Source: Macrostomum lignano
Lineage: Eukaryota
Length of the DNA: 64,000 nucleotides
Assembly (NCBI GenBank): GCA_002269645.1
Contig: NIVC01002344.1
Location: 62,001-126,000, forward strand
Direction: 5' to 3'
Shown: piece after piece, positions 37,960 to 53,849 of the stretch
How positions within the stretch are numbered: the stretch's first letter is position 1
Layout: each line of letters starts with the position of its first letter
Made by a program: the position numbers and the translations under genes
The notes under the pieces: model-generated
The model's input: the letters and a program-made list of their open reading frames with translations, nothing else
The model's database searches: none
Told to the model about the DNA's origin: nothing

Positions 37960-38226
37960 TTTATCTATCTATCTATCTAACCATCTATCTATCTATCTAA
38001 CCATCTATCTATCTATCTAACCATCTATCTATCTATCTAACCATCTATCTATCTATCTAACCATCTATCTATCTATCTAACCATCTATCTATGTATCTAA
38101 CCATCTATCTATCTATCTATCTAACCATCTATCTATCTATCTAACCATCTATCTATGTATCTAACCATCTATCTATCTCTCTATCGAACCATCTATCTAT
38201 CTATCTAACCATCTATCTATCTATCT
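37960..38226. repeat. (ATCT)n-derived array with 20-bp higher-order unit CTAACCATCTATCTATCTAT
   Basis: The period of 20 is visible directly. Confidence 0.93.
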
Positions 38227-39080
38227 CTGTATGCCTGTTTACGCTCCTACTAGATTAGTTTTATGACCAAACTAGAACCGTTTTTTGCAAGAATCTTTTA
38301 TAAAATTAGTTTTCTTTCGATTATTCGATCTCCTTTAGCTAGAGCGGCATTCATGTCTTCTCCTATTCGATACACAAATAGTTGACAGTCAATTCTTTCG
38401 CCACAAGTGCGTTTTGTTCATTGACTAGAAAACAGTCCTGTTGAGCAGCTACTCAAGAAGGTTCCTCCTCCATAGGATTGGAGTCCTTGAACTGGTGAAG
38501 CGGCTTGAATGACTGTCGCTTTCTACAGTTGTATAGTTCCGCCTTGAATTCTCCATGAATGCTCCACATGCTCTTCGCTCCGTCTCTGAGGCCTCTCCAT
38601 AAATCCATTCTCCGATATTTTCCAATGCGCGCTCCGCATCAAAGCCTGTTTGGTCTGCTGAATTGGGTTGGCGTTGGTTTTTTTGTCAAAGTCCCTATCG
38701 AACAGTTTATATTTTAGAGATTTATCGGCCTCACTATTGCATGAACACTCCGGCTATGCTAGATGTCACATAGATTAACTGACAATGTTATGCGTATGAA
38801 AACAGTGTAATAGAATGCATACATAACGTTCAAAAGAAGGCAAAGCAAGTCGTACACAGACTGGCATCCAATTTGTTGTGGCCGCGTGCGGATTTGAACC
38901 CTGGTAGTCTTTGCTCTCTCTTTAGCACACTAGTTTGGCTTCTTTCAATAAAAGCTTGCAAGCTTTCCAATTCTGTAGCTCCTTGCGGCTTTGCGTTAAA
39001 AATGAAGTTCGTAAGGCTTCTCAAATTTCTTTATAGCTCACTTTGGACGACAGATTTCCATACTAATAAGTTTAGCTGAA

Positions 39081-39093
39081 CCTACTACTACTG

Positions 39094-39168
<75 letters not shown>

Positions 39169-39169
39169 G

Positions 39170-39225
<56 letters not shown>

Positions 39226-39243
39226 TTACTACTACTACTACTT

Positions 39244-39323
<80 letters not shown>

Positions 39324-39386
39324 GCTACTACTACTACTACTACTGCTACTACTACTACTACTACAACTACTACTACAACTACTACT

Positions 39387-39438
<52 letters not shown>

Positions 39439-39460
39439 GCTACTACTACTACTACTACTG

Positions 39461-39507
<47 letters not shown>

Positions 39508-39508
39508 G

Positions 39509-39549
<41 letters not shown>

Positions 39550-39550
39550 G

Positions 39551-39592
<42 letters not shown>

Positions 39593-39613
39593 TACTGCTA
39601 CTACTACTACTAC
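39081..39613. repeat. (CTA)n microsatellite
   Basis: About 530 bp of CTA with CTG/CTT interruptions. Confidence 0.98.
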
Positions 39614-39721
39614 AGCTAGTACTGATACGAATACCTCTTGCGTCAATTCAATCTTAATTAATTTAAAACGCCCTTGCCCCTGTGTAAATAGAAATGGCAA
39701 ATACATATTGAACAATTTCAG

Positions 39722-41575
39722 CGCGACATTCATTGATGCCTCTGGCCTGTCTCGGTCCGGGCCGCCAGCCGGCCGCCGGGTCCTCACTCCGAGCGGCCTG
39801 CCAGTGCCTCAACGTTGACCTGCTAGTGACAGTGGCATGTAGCAGCTCTAGCCAGTCAAACGATAATGACTCTCTGAAACTGCTGATGTCAAAGCTGCAC
39901 GCTGTCTCGGGTAAGAAACCACAGGCTTCCGGGGGTCAAAAGAAAAATCCTACAAGAAAAAATGTGTCTTCTTTTAAAGAACACTCTTAAAAAGCTGTTG
40001 TAGGAGATGCGGTGGTCTTGTTTTAGGAATCCTTACTTTTTCTTTCTTTTTTCGCGCGTTCTTAAAAGCCAAAGCTAAATTCGTTTTCCCACCTGACCGA
40101 AGTTTTTTACTGTTGCTGCCAGGGTAATTGGCTGAATGACAGCTGCAATATTTTCGCAATTTTCGCAACATATCGGTAGATTGTTTAATGTTTGAACTCC
40201 CAGGGAACGTGAAGCATTTACTCTTATATAATCTATATTGAAGTAGCCCAAATAAGATGCTTAATATCCCCAATTAGAAATCTGAAATATCCCCAATTAG
40301 AAATCTGAATATCCCCAATTAGAATGCTGAATATCCCCAATTAGAATGCTGAATATCCCCAATTAGAATGCTGAATATCCCCAATTAGAAATCTGAAATA
40401 TCCCCAATTAGAAATCTTAATATCCCCAATTAGAATGCTGACTATCCCCAATTAGAATGCTGAATATCCCCAATTAGAAATCTGAAATATCCCCAATTAG
40501 AAATCTGAATATCCCCAATTAGAATGCTGACTATCCCCAATTAGAATGCTGAATATCCCCAATTAGAATGCTGAATATCCCTAATTAGAATGCTGAATTT
40601 CCCCAATTAGAAATCTTAATATCCCCAATTAGAAATCTGAGTATCCCCAATTAGAATTCTGAATATTCCCAATTAGAATTCTGAATATTCCCAATTAGAA
40701 ATCTGAATATTCCCAATTAGAAATCCGAATATCCCCAATTAGAAATCTGAATATCCCCAATTAGAAATCTGAAATATCCCCAATTAGAAATCTGAATATC
40801 CCCAATTAAAAATCTGAAATATCCCCAATTAGAAATCTGAATATCCCCAATTAGAAATCTGAAATATCCCCAATTAGAAATCTGAAATATCCCCAATTAG
40901 AAATCTGAAATATCCCCAATTAGAAATCTGAAATATCCCCAATTAGAAATCTGAAATATCCCCAATTAGAAATCTGAAATATCCCAATTAGAAATCTGAA
41001 TATTCCTAATCATGATGCTGAATTTCCGGAATCCCGATAAAGAACTCAATATTTCCCTGCTCCATTAAGTAAAAAGATGTTAATAAATATCAAAATAGGG
41101 ATCTATATTACAATATTACGACGCTGATAATACATATTAATATCCCAATCAGGTCGTCAGGAAGAGTCACTAACCCATGCTTCCCATCCCCACAGCAAGC
41201 AGCTCAGCATTAGGCAGCAACAGCCTCAGCATCCAGCCTTCGCTACCAGCGCATCTCAACCTACCAAAAGGACAGAGCTGGCTAAGCAGTCCCACTGCAG
41301 ACTGGGACACCAGCCTCATGCTGCCAGAATCTGCTACTCAGGCGTCTGCATCAACTGGCTCGGCTTCCTCAGTGATGTATCAGGATTTGACCGAGTCAGC
41401 CGCTGTTAACTCCGCCGATAGCAGTCTGATGTCGTTCACTTGTCTAATATGCAACACAGGCTGTTTCCTGTACTGCTTAGAGGATAAGCAAGCACTGCTG
41501 ATGGCTGCTCAGGATTCAAATCCCGGTAGTAGTCAGGAAGCTTTATTGCCAGTTGCTCTTCTTGGACAAATTTTG
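39722..41575 (+). CDS. Two exons (39722-39910, 41196-41575) of an uncharacterised gene with CxC and CxxC motifs
   Basis: TTTCAG acceptor and G|GTAAGA donor (phase 1). The next acceptor, CTAAC..CCCCACAG at 41195, is also phase 1, with a TTG|GTAAGT donor. Reads ..LRAACQCLNVDLLV.. and ..SFTCLICNTGCFL.. Confidence 0.6.
40258..41000. repeat. 22-23-bp minisatellite (CCCCAATTAGAAATCTGAATAT)n in an intron
   Basis: About 33 units, same family as 32458-32927. Confidence 0.96.
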
Positions 41576-42049
41576 GTAAGTTGCGGCTTGTTTCAGATCT
41601 CATGGCGATGAGAAAGTCCCGGGCTTGATGATTTTCCTATTTAATTTGACACGACACCTCTAATAAAAATATCTGTGTAGAAATGTAAAGTTTTTTTAGT
41701 CCAAGACTTTTTAAGTGCCCAAGCTGCACTTTAGGCACCAGCCATCAAGTGTTTACAATCTAGCGTATGTTTATGCAGGTGTTCGCATGATAATTCCGAC
41801 ACTTTAATAACCTAGGGTAGATGCCTAAAATTAGTTTTATAATCTTTTAGCACAGTGAATATTGCTCTAATGCTATAGCACTGCCTTCTTCCTAGCGGGT
41901 ATCGTAATATGACCATGTCGCAGATACGCCGTTGCGTGTTGTAAAATTTCAATTCCAATGCAAATTTAGCGGATCGTGTATCCACCTGACTGACTGGCTG
42001 GCCTAAATTGCTGTGGGTGTTCGATTTCTCTGGGATACCTTTTTAGCGG

Positions 42050-44212
<2,163 letters not shown>

Positions 44213-45034
44213 ATGTTTGTAAAGCTTGACGGAATCCTCGCACTTGCCCGCCAGCAGTTCATTTTTACTGAGCTCGCTGTGGCTTATATCCCGCCACTCT
44301 ACTCCCAACTGTCAATGCAGAAGTATTGAACCCGTCAATATATGCGTAGTATTTATATGCCTAAAATCCCCTGCAGCGATATTGATATTTTCTACGAGGA
44401 CTGGGCTAACGACAAGCCTTATTAAGCCCCCCCCTCTGTATCAGCAGATGCCCAACCAGTGAATGTTATGAAAAGACGATTGCGTTACAATTCCCAACTC
44501 TCTACTCTAGCATGATACTATGGAGATAAAAACGGTTGCATCCGCGCTGCCCGTGAATACATCAATCTACTATAGATTTTTCTCATGAATGATATTGATT
44601 GTAGCTTTGTGAATTGTGTAGCATAGTGTTATTCGGCTAGTATGTGCGTCAAATTCTTAATTCCCGACGCGTTAGAAAAAACGCGTGGATTTTTTTTGCA
44701 GCATACCTCGTATTGAGTTAATTAGCGCTTCGGTGCCTAGATTGTTGCACCTGTCGCTCGCAATCTGTGCCAATTCTTCACTGTTCTCCCTCCTGCAGAA
44801 ATGATTGTGATTAGACAGGTGAAGTGTGCTGGTCAGCGGCGCAAAGATGAAGATGAGATAGCAGATGGCCGCTTATGTTTTATCAGCCGTGAACTCAGCA
44901 GTGTTGGTTATTAATTTGAGAACTATCTAGATAATAAGTGTTGTATAGGAGTGCAAAAATAAGAACAGAAGGTAACTGCTAATGAGCAACTGGTCAAACC
45001 TGTGATATTAAGTCGTGACTGTGCCAGATTTATC

Positions 45035-45560
45035 TCATGAATAAATCGACTGCACACAAGTGAATATCAGTTGATTTGACGTCATTGATGGCTTAGATAA
45101 AGTCACTTTCACCCTGCAACAATATCTGGACAGATTAAATGCTAAGCATGCCCTGGTTTCTGCCGACTTGTCAGAATTTTGGTCAGCTGTCGGGAATCTT
45201 TTGCTAAATATACGTAGCTTTTTTCGCATTGAATTTAATCCAAGAAAGGTTTGAAAATGCAACGGAGATCCTTCAACTTCTGTTGCATTTTCTGCAACGT
45301 CAACAAAGGGTTCGTCTCAACTGCATCGAATAGCAGTTGGACCAGAGGCTCTCGCAACTTGCCTTGGTGATTTTCACCGCTTCGCAGGCGATCTTTGCCG
45401 CCAGTGGTTTCAACGCGCTGATGGGTGTTGTAAACCATATTTTCTTTTACATTCAGGAGCCTTGCAATGTCCTTTGGGTGTTCACCTCTGTCCAGTGCTT
45501 CGATCATAAGCCCAGCATATGGTCCACAATTCTGAGGCTGATCTTGCTCCACCGCAGCAG
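45035..45560 (-). mobile_element. Decayed Tc1/IS630-type transposase N-terminal fragment
   Basis: MIEALDRGEHPKDIARLLNVKENMVYN..RVETTG..RSG..KL..VETNPLLTL resembles the paired HTH region. The frame breaks afterwards and no TIRs were found. Confidence 0.55.
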
Positions 45561-46524
45561 TTGCAAATGAAGCTATGGACCAAATTAATGCTTGTTGGAC
45601 CAAATTAAATGCCGCTGTGCCAACCTTGCTACCATTGCAGACAAAAGTTCCATTACATTGGCAAACGTATCTTGGATTAAATTAAATGCACACAAGCCCA
45701 AATGGGCTGAAAAAAGCTGTAGTAGAAAACGAATAAACAAAAGGCTACAAAACGTCACGAGTTGTCTATGGCCAACAGATGAGTACTCCACTCCCCGGTC
45801 CTGTCAGTGGGGTGTTTCGGAGTAGGAGTCAAAGTCTGCGCCTTGCAGCAAACTTCTCGAAACCATGAGTTGATGACTTAATCTCAGATTGGATTAATAA
45901 TCCCATAATTATAGCTTTGATCTGCAGCAACAATGCCCAAAAATATGCTTGCATAATTATTTACGGCAATCCATCTCTGCACTAGATTTGTCTTTAGAAA
46001 TCAATTCTAGCCAAGTTTCAAAGTTGAATAAGTGAAGCTGTCCGTTTGCACTTTATTGTGTATACTGCATGGCTAGATCTTCCTAAATAGCTTTTTTATT
46101 TTTTGCGTGCAGATTATAATGCCACTTAGATGAATATGGAAAGAGTTAATGAAAATCAATATTATTTATCCATGGAATCATTATAGTAATACTCTGCGCA
46201 TAAAGAGGACTCCATTGAGCCTATTGGGCTTTGTATAGGATTAAAGAATATCCTGCTGGAAATTGAAATGCCGCTTATGCCTGTCTAGTCGATAAGATTA
46301 GAGTGAGTCTCTTTACGGCACTTTAACTCCAGCCGAAAAAAAGTCTGCGATATAATTTATTGGGGAGTTTAAATTTTTTCTGCGCAACGATTGTACCGGT
46401 AGTCTGACACCGCTTCTTTGCTTGGAGTTGATTTATGGCATATTCTGATTTTTTAACAGCAGAAAAATAAGCCTCATAGAGTAGCGCTATGACTGCTTCT
46501 TTTGGGAAAACTGGTGTTTAACAG

Positions 46525-46890
46525 CTTCACTCAGATTTTAAGCACTCAACAGTCCAGCAGTGCCTTACAGAGGCAACATTTCTGATACAAGCAGGAAGTA
46601 CTTTAAAACCTTTAAAGACAATTATAACGTTGGACTTGGATTTGAAATGCTCGATTGTATGGATATTGTCCGGACTGTTGGAAGACTGGAAACATTTATC
46701 TCGTAGTCAGGGGATTGTAAATTCTTACTGTCTACCTCTGAAGGATCATGCAAACGCTTATCCACATACAGCTACTACAGCATGTGTACGAATATCCTCA
46801 GTGGAGCAATGCTGTCAATTAATCAATTTGCCGTTCCGTCTAGCTTTGCTGTTGGGAATTTTGCTTCGCAAACAGCGTGTCACATTAAAG
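46525..46890 (+). CDS. Candidate internal exon (about 120 open codons) of unknown identity
   Basis: TTTAACAG acceptor, then an open frame LHSDFKHSTVQQ..RKQRVTLK, with only a weak GTTACT donor. Confidence 0.25.
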
Positions 46891-48335
46891 GTTACTATAT
46901 TATAGATCTACCAGCATTTTGCGTACTATGCAAAACAGTAATGTTGAATGGGAAGATGGTGCATTTCTGCTACAGTACAGTAGTATGCTTTTATTCTATC
47001 TACTGCGCTTTGGTTGCTATTTAAATAGGAGCCTCCAAAATATCCGCTAGATGCCTTCTCACAAGCCCTTGTGAGTGTCATGCGTCCACCGATAAGCTGA
47101 TCTGCCAAGTAAAAGGGAAAGTAATGATTGCTCTAGGTGAAACCCGAATGAGCGCACTGCCGAGTGTTCACCCAGAAGTTTCAGGGCATGCATTTTAATG
47201 TGTGTACGTGTGCGTGTGAATAGCGCCAGTGAATTTTTGTTCAAACGAATGGTTTACATTTTGTTACGCGGGATTGTAGATTATTTTTTCCAGCTGTAGA
47301 GCGTGCGGAAAAAATGATTAGAAAGCGACTGGCGCCTCTAATATATTGAAAAAAAGTTTTCGAATGCCAGGATTGTCACTACTGCATCATAAACAGATGA
47401 TGAGTGATGCTGGTGACACGAAAGCTGAAGCTGGGCTAAGCTTGTCTCCCATCTGTCTCCGCGTTCCGATCATGCTGTCAGGAAATCAGTCTAATTCCAT
47501 TTCCTATTATTGTTTCTGCGTGTGCAGTGCCTTATAGCATTTCTAAAGCTCGCTTTTAACGAATAAATTTTACGAGTAAAACGCGATCTCTCTCTGCTCT
47601 GTATTTTAAGCGATTTAAGAGTGCGAAAACGTGACTTAAAGTCTTACTAGTGTAAAAAAACAGTCTTAATTAAAACTTTATGCTAGCATGTCCATTGCCA
47701 ATTTCATGCTACTTAAATCTGAAAAAGGATTTGTGCTTGTTTTTACTAAAAGTACATATCTGTCCCTCCCAACGACTACGCAATGCAAAAGCTATGAAAA
47801 ACTATTCCTAAGTGATCGAATACACTTCCTTGATACACTTGTGTTTTTGTCCCCTGAGTGTGATGATACAGATGTGAATTTCGATATTTATATTGTTTCG
47901 TTTTTTATCATTTTGTCTGGATGTTTTTTCGCGCTAAAATACACACTGGTTCTGTAAGTGGAAGGTTAGGGCTTAATGAAATGCTCTTGACGTTTTGTTA
48001 CCTGCATGCAATTCCACTAATCAGTTTGGTCGCACACTTGGATAGGCTCAGCGTGTGCCTAAGTGTATCACTCTAGTAATGCCATCTTCTTTCGGTTTGG
48101 ATAATTCCATAAAGTAACAAAAATCTTTTCCGTTTGAAATACCTGTCTTTGCTAGCAGTATCCGTCTCTTTTGTCCAGCTCTTTTTGATTGTAAGGACTT
48201 AAGACTTCTTTTTAATCAATGTAGAGCCTAAGGGAAAGAAAAATTGCATGTATCAATTTATACATTCGTCTGCCTTTTGGCCATCTGGGTTATTGTAATT
48301 TTAAGCATTTAGTTTATGAATCACTTCATAGTATT

Positions 48336-50966
48336 CCCGATGGGAAAAGGGCAGCCTCTAATTTTTACCCTAGCCTCAAACGCAGCCTCAAATGAACCTC
48401 AAAGCGGATTTTTCGAGGCTGGTTTGATGCTAGCCTCAACAATAGTCTTCAGCATTGAAAGAGATTGTATTTGATGCTGGATTCGAGGCTCGAGTAAAGG
48501 CTTTATTTGAGCCTGGATTTGATGTTTAATTTAGAGGCTAAATTTGAAGCTAGATTAGAGGTTGAATTCGAGGCTGGAATAGAGGCTGGATTCGATGTTC
48601 AAGTTAGCGGCTGGATTCGATGTTTAAGTTGGCGGCTGGATTCGATGTTCAAGTTAGAGGCTGGATTCGATGTTTAAGATAGCGGCTGGATTCGATTTTC
48701 AAGTTATAAAGGCTGGATTAGAGGTCGGATTAGAGGCTGGATTAGAGGTTGGATTAGAGGTCGGATTAGAGGCTGGATTAGAGGCTGGATTAGAGGTCGG
48801 ATTAGAGGCTGGATTCGAGGCTGGATTCGAGGCTGGATTAGAGGTCGGATTAGAGGCTGGATTAGAGGTTGGATTAGAGGTCGGATTAGAGGCTGGATTA
48901 GAGGCTGGATTAGAGGTTGGATTAGAGGTCGGATTAGAGGCTGGATTCGAGGCTGGATTCGAGGCTGGATTAGAGGTCGGATTAGAGGCTGGATTAGAGG
49001 CTGGATTAGGGGCTGGATTAGAGGTTGGATTAGAGGTCAAATTAGAGGCTGGATTAGAGGTCGGATTTGAGGCTAGATTAGAGGTTGAATTCGAGGCTGG
49101 AATAGAGGCTGGATTCGATGTTCAAGTTAGCGGCTGGATTCGATGTTTAAGTTGGCGGCTGGATTCGATGTTCAAGTTAGAGGCTGGATTCGATGTTTAA
49201 GATAGCGGCTGGATTCGATTTTCAAGTTATAAAGGCTGGATTAGAGGTCGGATTAGAGGCTGGATTAGAGGTTGGATTAGAGGTCGGATTAGAGGCTGGA
49301 TTAGAGGCTGGATTAGAGGCTGGATTAGAGGTTGGATTAGAGGTCGGATTAGAGGCTGGATTAGAGGCTGGATTAGAGGTCGGATTAGAGGTTGGATTAG
49401 AGGTCGGATTAGAGGCTGGATTAGAGGCTGGATTAGAGGTTGGATTAGAGGTCGGATTAGAGGCTGGATTCGAGGCTGGATTCGAGGCTGGATTAGAGGC
49501 TGGATTAGGGGCTGGATTAGAGGCTGGATTAGGGGCTGGATTAGAGGCTGGATTAGGGGCTGGATTAGAGGTTGGATTAGAGGTCAAATTAGAGGCTGGA
49601 TTAGAGGCTGGATTAGAGGCTGGATTAGAGGTCGGATTAGAGGCTGGATTAGAGGCTGGATTAGAGGTCGGATTAGAGGCTGGATTAGAGGCTGGATTAG
49701 AGGTCGGATTAGAGGCTGGATTCGAGGCTGGATTCGAGGCTGGATTAGAGGTCGGATTAGAGGCTGGATTAGAGGTTGGATTAGAGGTCGGATTAGAGGC
49801 TGGATAAGAGGCTGGATTAGAGGTTGGATTAGAGGTCGGATTAGAGGCTGGATTCGAGGCTGGATTCGAGGCTGGATTAGAGGTCGGATTAGAGGCTGGA
49901 TTAGAGGCTGGATTAGGGGCTGGATTAGAGGTTGGATTAGAGGTCAAATTAGAGGCTGGATTAGAGGCTGGATTAGAGGTTGGATTAGAGGTCGGATTAG
50001 AGGCTGGATTCGAGGCTGGATTAGAGGTCGGATTAGAGGCTGGATTAGAGGCTGGATTAGGGGCTGGATTAGAGGTTGGATTAGAGGTCAAATTAGAGGC
50101 TGGATTAGAGGTCGGATTAGAGGCTGGATTAGAGGTCGGATTAGAGGCTGGATTAGAGGCTGGATTAGAGGTCGGATTAGAGGTCGGATTAGAGGCTGGA
50201 TTAGAGGTCGGATTAGAGGCTGGATTCGAGGCTGGATTAGAGGTCGGATTAGAGGCTGGATTAGAGGCTGGATTCGAGGCTGGATTAGAGGTCGGATTAG
50301 AGGCTGGATTAGAGGCTGGATTAGAGGCTGGAAGAGAAGCTCAAGTTGGAGGCTTAATGGTGTGTGCCTGCAGCTCTTTTGCAAATAGAGGAGCAAATAT
50401 CCCTCCCACAAAAATGTGAACTCTGTATATACTCGCCTGTACCCAGTAAGACACCCGTCTTTGTATAAGCGAATACGTTGTGTGCACTGTATCTTAAGGA
50501 GGGAAAATATACTACGAGTATGCAGATATCTGCGTGGCAGATAAGTTATATTTCATAATTCCATATATCGTTATTGTTTAGTATTGTTTAGTACGTTACA
50601 ATACAATCCATATGACCGATTATATGGCCTTTTAACATCTTTATAAACAGACATTGTCTAACTGTTTATTATTGCCTTGGAAAAAACTACGCCAGTCTCG
50701 AATCCATCCTCTAATTGAGCGTCTAATTCAGCCTCTAATCCAGCCTCCAATTCAGCATCGAATCGCCAGCCTCTAATCCAGCCTCCAATACGAGCCTTAA
50801 ATAGCGAGCATTAAATCTGGGTCATTTTTAGAGGCTGCCGCACTCAAGAGTCGAGCCTCTAACCTAGCCTCTAGCCTCCCATTGGTTTAGTGTAACCAAA
50901 TAAAAAATCATTAGAGGCTAGCGCCAAAAAGTAAGCCTCCAACACCCCTCCAGATTTCCCATCGGG
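48336..50966. mobile_element. Non-autonomous CACTA/CMC-like DNA transposon (2631 bp) carrying a 12-bp satellite
   Basis: 12-bp TIR CCCGATGGGAAA / TTTCCCATCGGG with ATT on both flanks. AGCCTC(TAATCC) motifs occur in both orientations near both ends. Confidence 0.7.
48410..50335. repeat. 12-bp array (GGATTAGAGGCT/GGATTAGAGGTC)n with a 523-bp higher-order duplication
   Basis: The block at 48541-48720 recurs at 49064-49243. Confidence 0.97.
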
Positions 50967-52196
50967 ATTTAGAATTTGCAGTGAGCTTACACTAAATCGA
51001 TTTTATTAAGATAACAAGTTTTTTGCTAACAAAAGTTTGTGGTTGTCCTTGCAGATCACAAATAAAATGAGCAATGAAATGGGGAGTTGGGGTATTGAAC
51101 TGCTGTAGGGATCATGAGTTGTATTTTGAGTTGTATAGTTTAACTTTAGAATTGACTTTGCTATTAGGATCTTGCAGAGCTACACACATGTTCAAGTGTG
51201 TGTCTTTAGTACACATGTAGCCTGTAAATTGAAGGGGGTGACGTTTCATAAACTCAAAATTGATGCCAAATTTTCGATTTTGTAAGGTTCAAAAACCTTA
51301 ACAATGCGAATGAGACAATAATTCTAAGAGGTTTATTTTCTCGAGGCAAGATTTTGACTTGCATTGGTCGCCTGGAGTGGCATAAAAATTAAGGTCAACA
51401 TATTATTTTATTTGGCAGCTCTCCGTGTTACTCGTACCTAAACTCAATTCTGGTTCATGTGTGCAATCACATTTTCTCCTGTTAAGTTCTGACTGTTTTA
51501 AGGCCTCCCTTGTTTTAGCCAAGCAAACTAATTAACTTTCAAAGGAAATTGTGCCTGTCGAGTATAACGACTACTTGATTTACTCTTCCTCAGAAATTTG
51601 ATTCATGAAAGGAGACGCTGTCCCAGCTTTGTATCATTCTAATTTCCCTTTAGACTTCGTTTCCTCAAGACTGTTATTGCTAGTTCGAGTGGCTTTTTTC
51701 CTGGCTAGAATTTGAAATTAGAAGACTCATCGGGTTTTGATATTTAAATGAAACGCAAATCAGCGGCAAAGGTTATTATGCTACCGGTAGTGTTGCGCTC
51801 AAGCTTGCATGCAAGTGTGTTTAATAGCTTCAATATGCAAACGCATCGATTCAAAAGTCTTTACCATACACCTCTAACTGGACACTAAATGACGATTATT
51901 TCCAATTGTGATGTCACTATGCATAAAAGATTGAACTGCACATTTAGAAGCCATAAATATGGCTTTTTCTAAGTTGCAATGATCAGATTGAATCTAGGAG
52001 CAAGCAATTTAATAATTGGTGGGGGAATCAAGCTATTTAAAACTAGTCTTTCATTATCTATGGCCTAAGGGGGTCTCAAAAGTAGCAAAACCAGAATTGC
52101 ATGCGTTTCAGCCTTGGAAATGCAATCATAATGTTAGATGATTATTGTTCCCTTTTATATCTATGGCCATATGTCATATGCGTTTTGCGCTCTGGT

Positions 52197-52580
52197 GTCT
52201 ATGGCCAAGACATACCTTGCGTGTAAAATGATTGTTGCCGACTGTTGGTCCGTTTATGTCTATGGCCAAGACATACCGTGCGTGTAAAATGATTGTTGCC
52301 GACTGTTGGTCCGTTTATGTCTATGGCCAAGACATACCTTGCGTGTAAAATGATTGTTGCCGACTGTTGGTCCGTCTATGTCTATGGCCAAGACATACCG
52401 TGCGTGTAAAATGATTGTTGCCGACTGTTGGTCCGTTTATGTCTATGGCCAAGACATACCGTGCGCGTAAAATGATTGTTGCCGACTGTTGGTCCGTCTA
52501 TGTCTATGGCCAAGACATACCGTGCGTGTAAAATGATTGTTGCCGACTGTTGGTCCGTTTATGTCTATGGCCAAGACATA
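52197..52580. repeat. 61-bp minisatellite (TCTATGGCCAAGACATACCGTGCGTGTAAAATG...)n
   Basis: About 6 units with a period of 61. Confidence 0.95.
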
Positions 52581-52863
52581 TATCATGCTGTGGGATTAGA
52601 GGAAGAATGGTTAGTCACGGGCATGTACAATGTGCTGAAGTTGCACATTGCGGTTCGATACCATCACACGATTTTTCAAGTGAAGAGGAATTATGATAAA
52701 ACCTGGTTGTGATGAAACTTTTCAGGTAAAAACTTCGCTACAAAGGCCAAATTTAAAATCGCATCTAGGGTTAATTTCGATGGTGCACTTTGGAAATTTG
52801 ACATTAACCATTGCGAATTTCATTATGAGAATTCACCTTCGGAGTGATTTTTACATACTGTGT

Positions 52864-53050
52864 GGCTGTAGCATTAGTGGTTAGAGCGTCGGAAGTCGGG
52901 TGTTCGATTCTAGACCCACTTAGAACAATTTGTGTCCTTGAACAAGACACTCAACTCTGCATTTCTTCAGTTCACCCAGAAGTAAAATGGGTGCCAGCAT
53001 TAGGAAAGGTAATTGAGCTGCGGCTGAGCTGTCGGTTGCACATCTGGCCC
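52864..53050 (+). mobile_element. tRNA-derived CORE-like SINE with an internal deletion
   Basis: A box, B box, CORE-like segment and GCTGCGGCTGAGCTGTCGGTTGCAC tail. Lacks about 70 bp present in the 18418 and 57322 copies. Confidence 0.8.
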
Positions 53051-53157
53051 AACTGGGCAGGTGCGATTGATTTTAACTATTATTGGGCTTTAAAGAAAAT
53101 TTATTAGTTAGTTAAATTTCAATTTTATTGAACTCCACTATGAACTACTCTTCTCAG

Positions 53158-53281
53158 ATCGACCCAGATGAATTGTCTAAACGACGCCAGCTAGCCAGTG
53201 AGAGTTGGTTTCGCTTGGCCGTGGCCGACCTGCCGCAGCCTACCGAATCTGGCGCAGAGTTTGACAGCTCTACTGCTGATG
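53158..53281 (+). CDS. Isolated coding-like exon (IDPDELSKRRQLASESWFRLAVADLPQPTESGAEFDSSTAD)
   Basis: CTCTTCTCAG acceptor, G|GTGAGC donor, open frame and elevated GC. May belong to the gene starting at 39722. Confidence 0.5.
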
Positions 53282-53849
53282 GTGAGCTGTTGGAAACTGT
53301 GTTTTTGATACATATCGTTAGGTACCAGCTCAGCAAGTTACTTATTATGTACTGCCTCCAGTTTTGTTTGCTCAGAATAAAAATCAATTTACTCTAAGTT
53401 ATGCTTATACAATATCATTATTTATTAATAAATCTCGGGTTTCGATCCTTTAATTCATTGAAGAGTCAGAGATATTAACCGGAGTTGACTATTATTGAGT
53501 ACCCATTTGCTCTGCTCCAATTATCCGAAATTGATCGGTATTCTATAGTATAATATTGGGGATTGGAAAATTGAGAAGATTTATTGCTGACCTTGGCTGG
53601 CATTTCTGCTCAAAGTCAGGACTAAAACAGGCTGTATTATGAGCAGTGCTGCGAATGTGAAGATCTGCACTGTGCTCTCTGATTTTATTGATTGAACAAA
53701 TATAGGTAAGGCTTGACAGGGGCGTGGTTTGACTTATTTGTGGCGCGTCTCGTCAATTTTTTTGCCCAAGTACGCTGTTTGAAATTCCAGCACAAGCTTT
53801 GTTATAAAATCCGATTCCAATTTATAGACAGCTTCTATAGATACCCACC

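Noticed and set aside
48670-50411. LEAG/SNPA/IQPL repeat ORFs
   Set aside because: Frames of the 12-bp array inside a TIR element.
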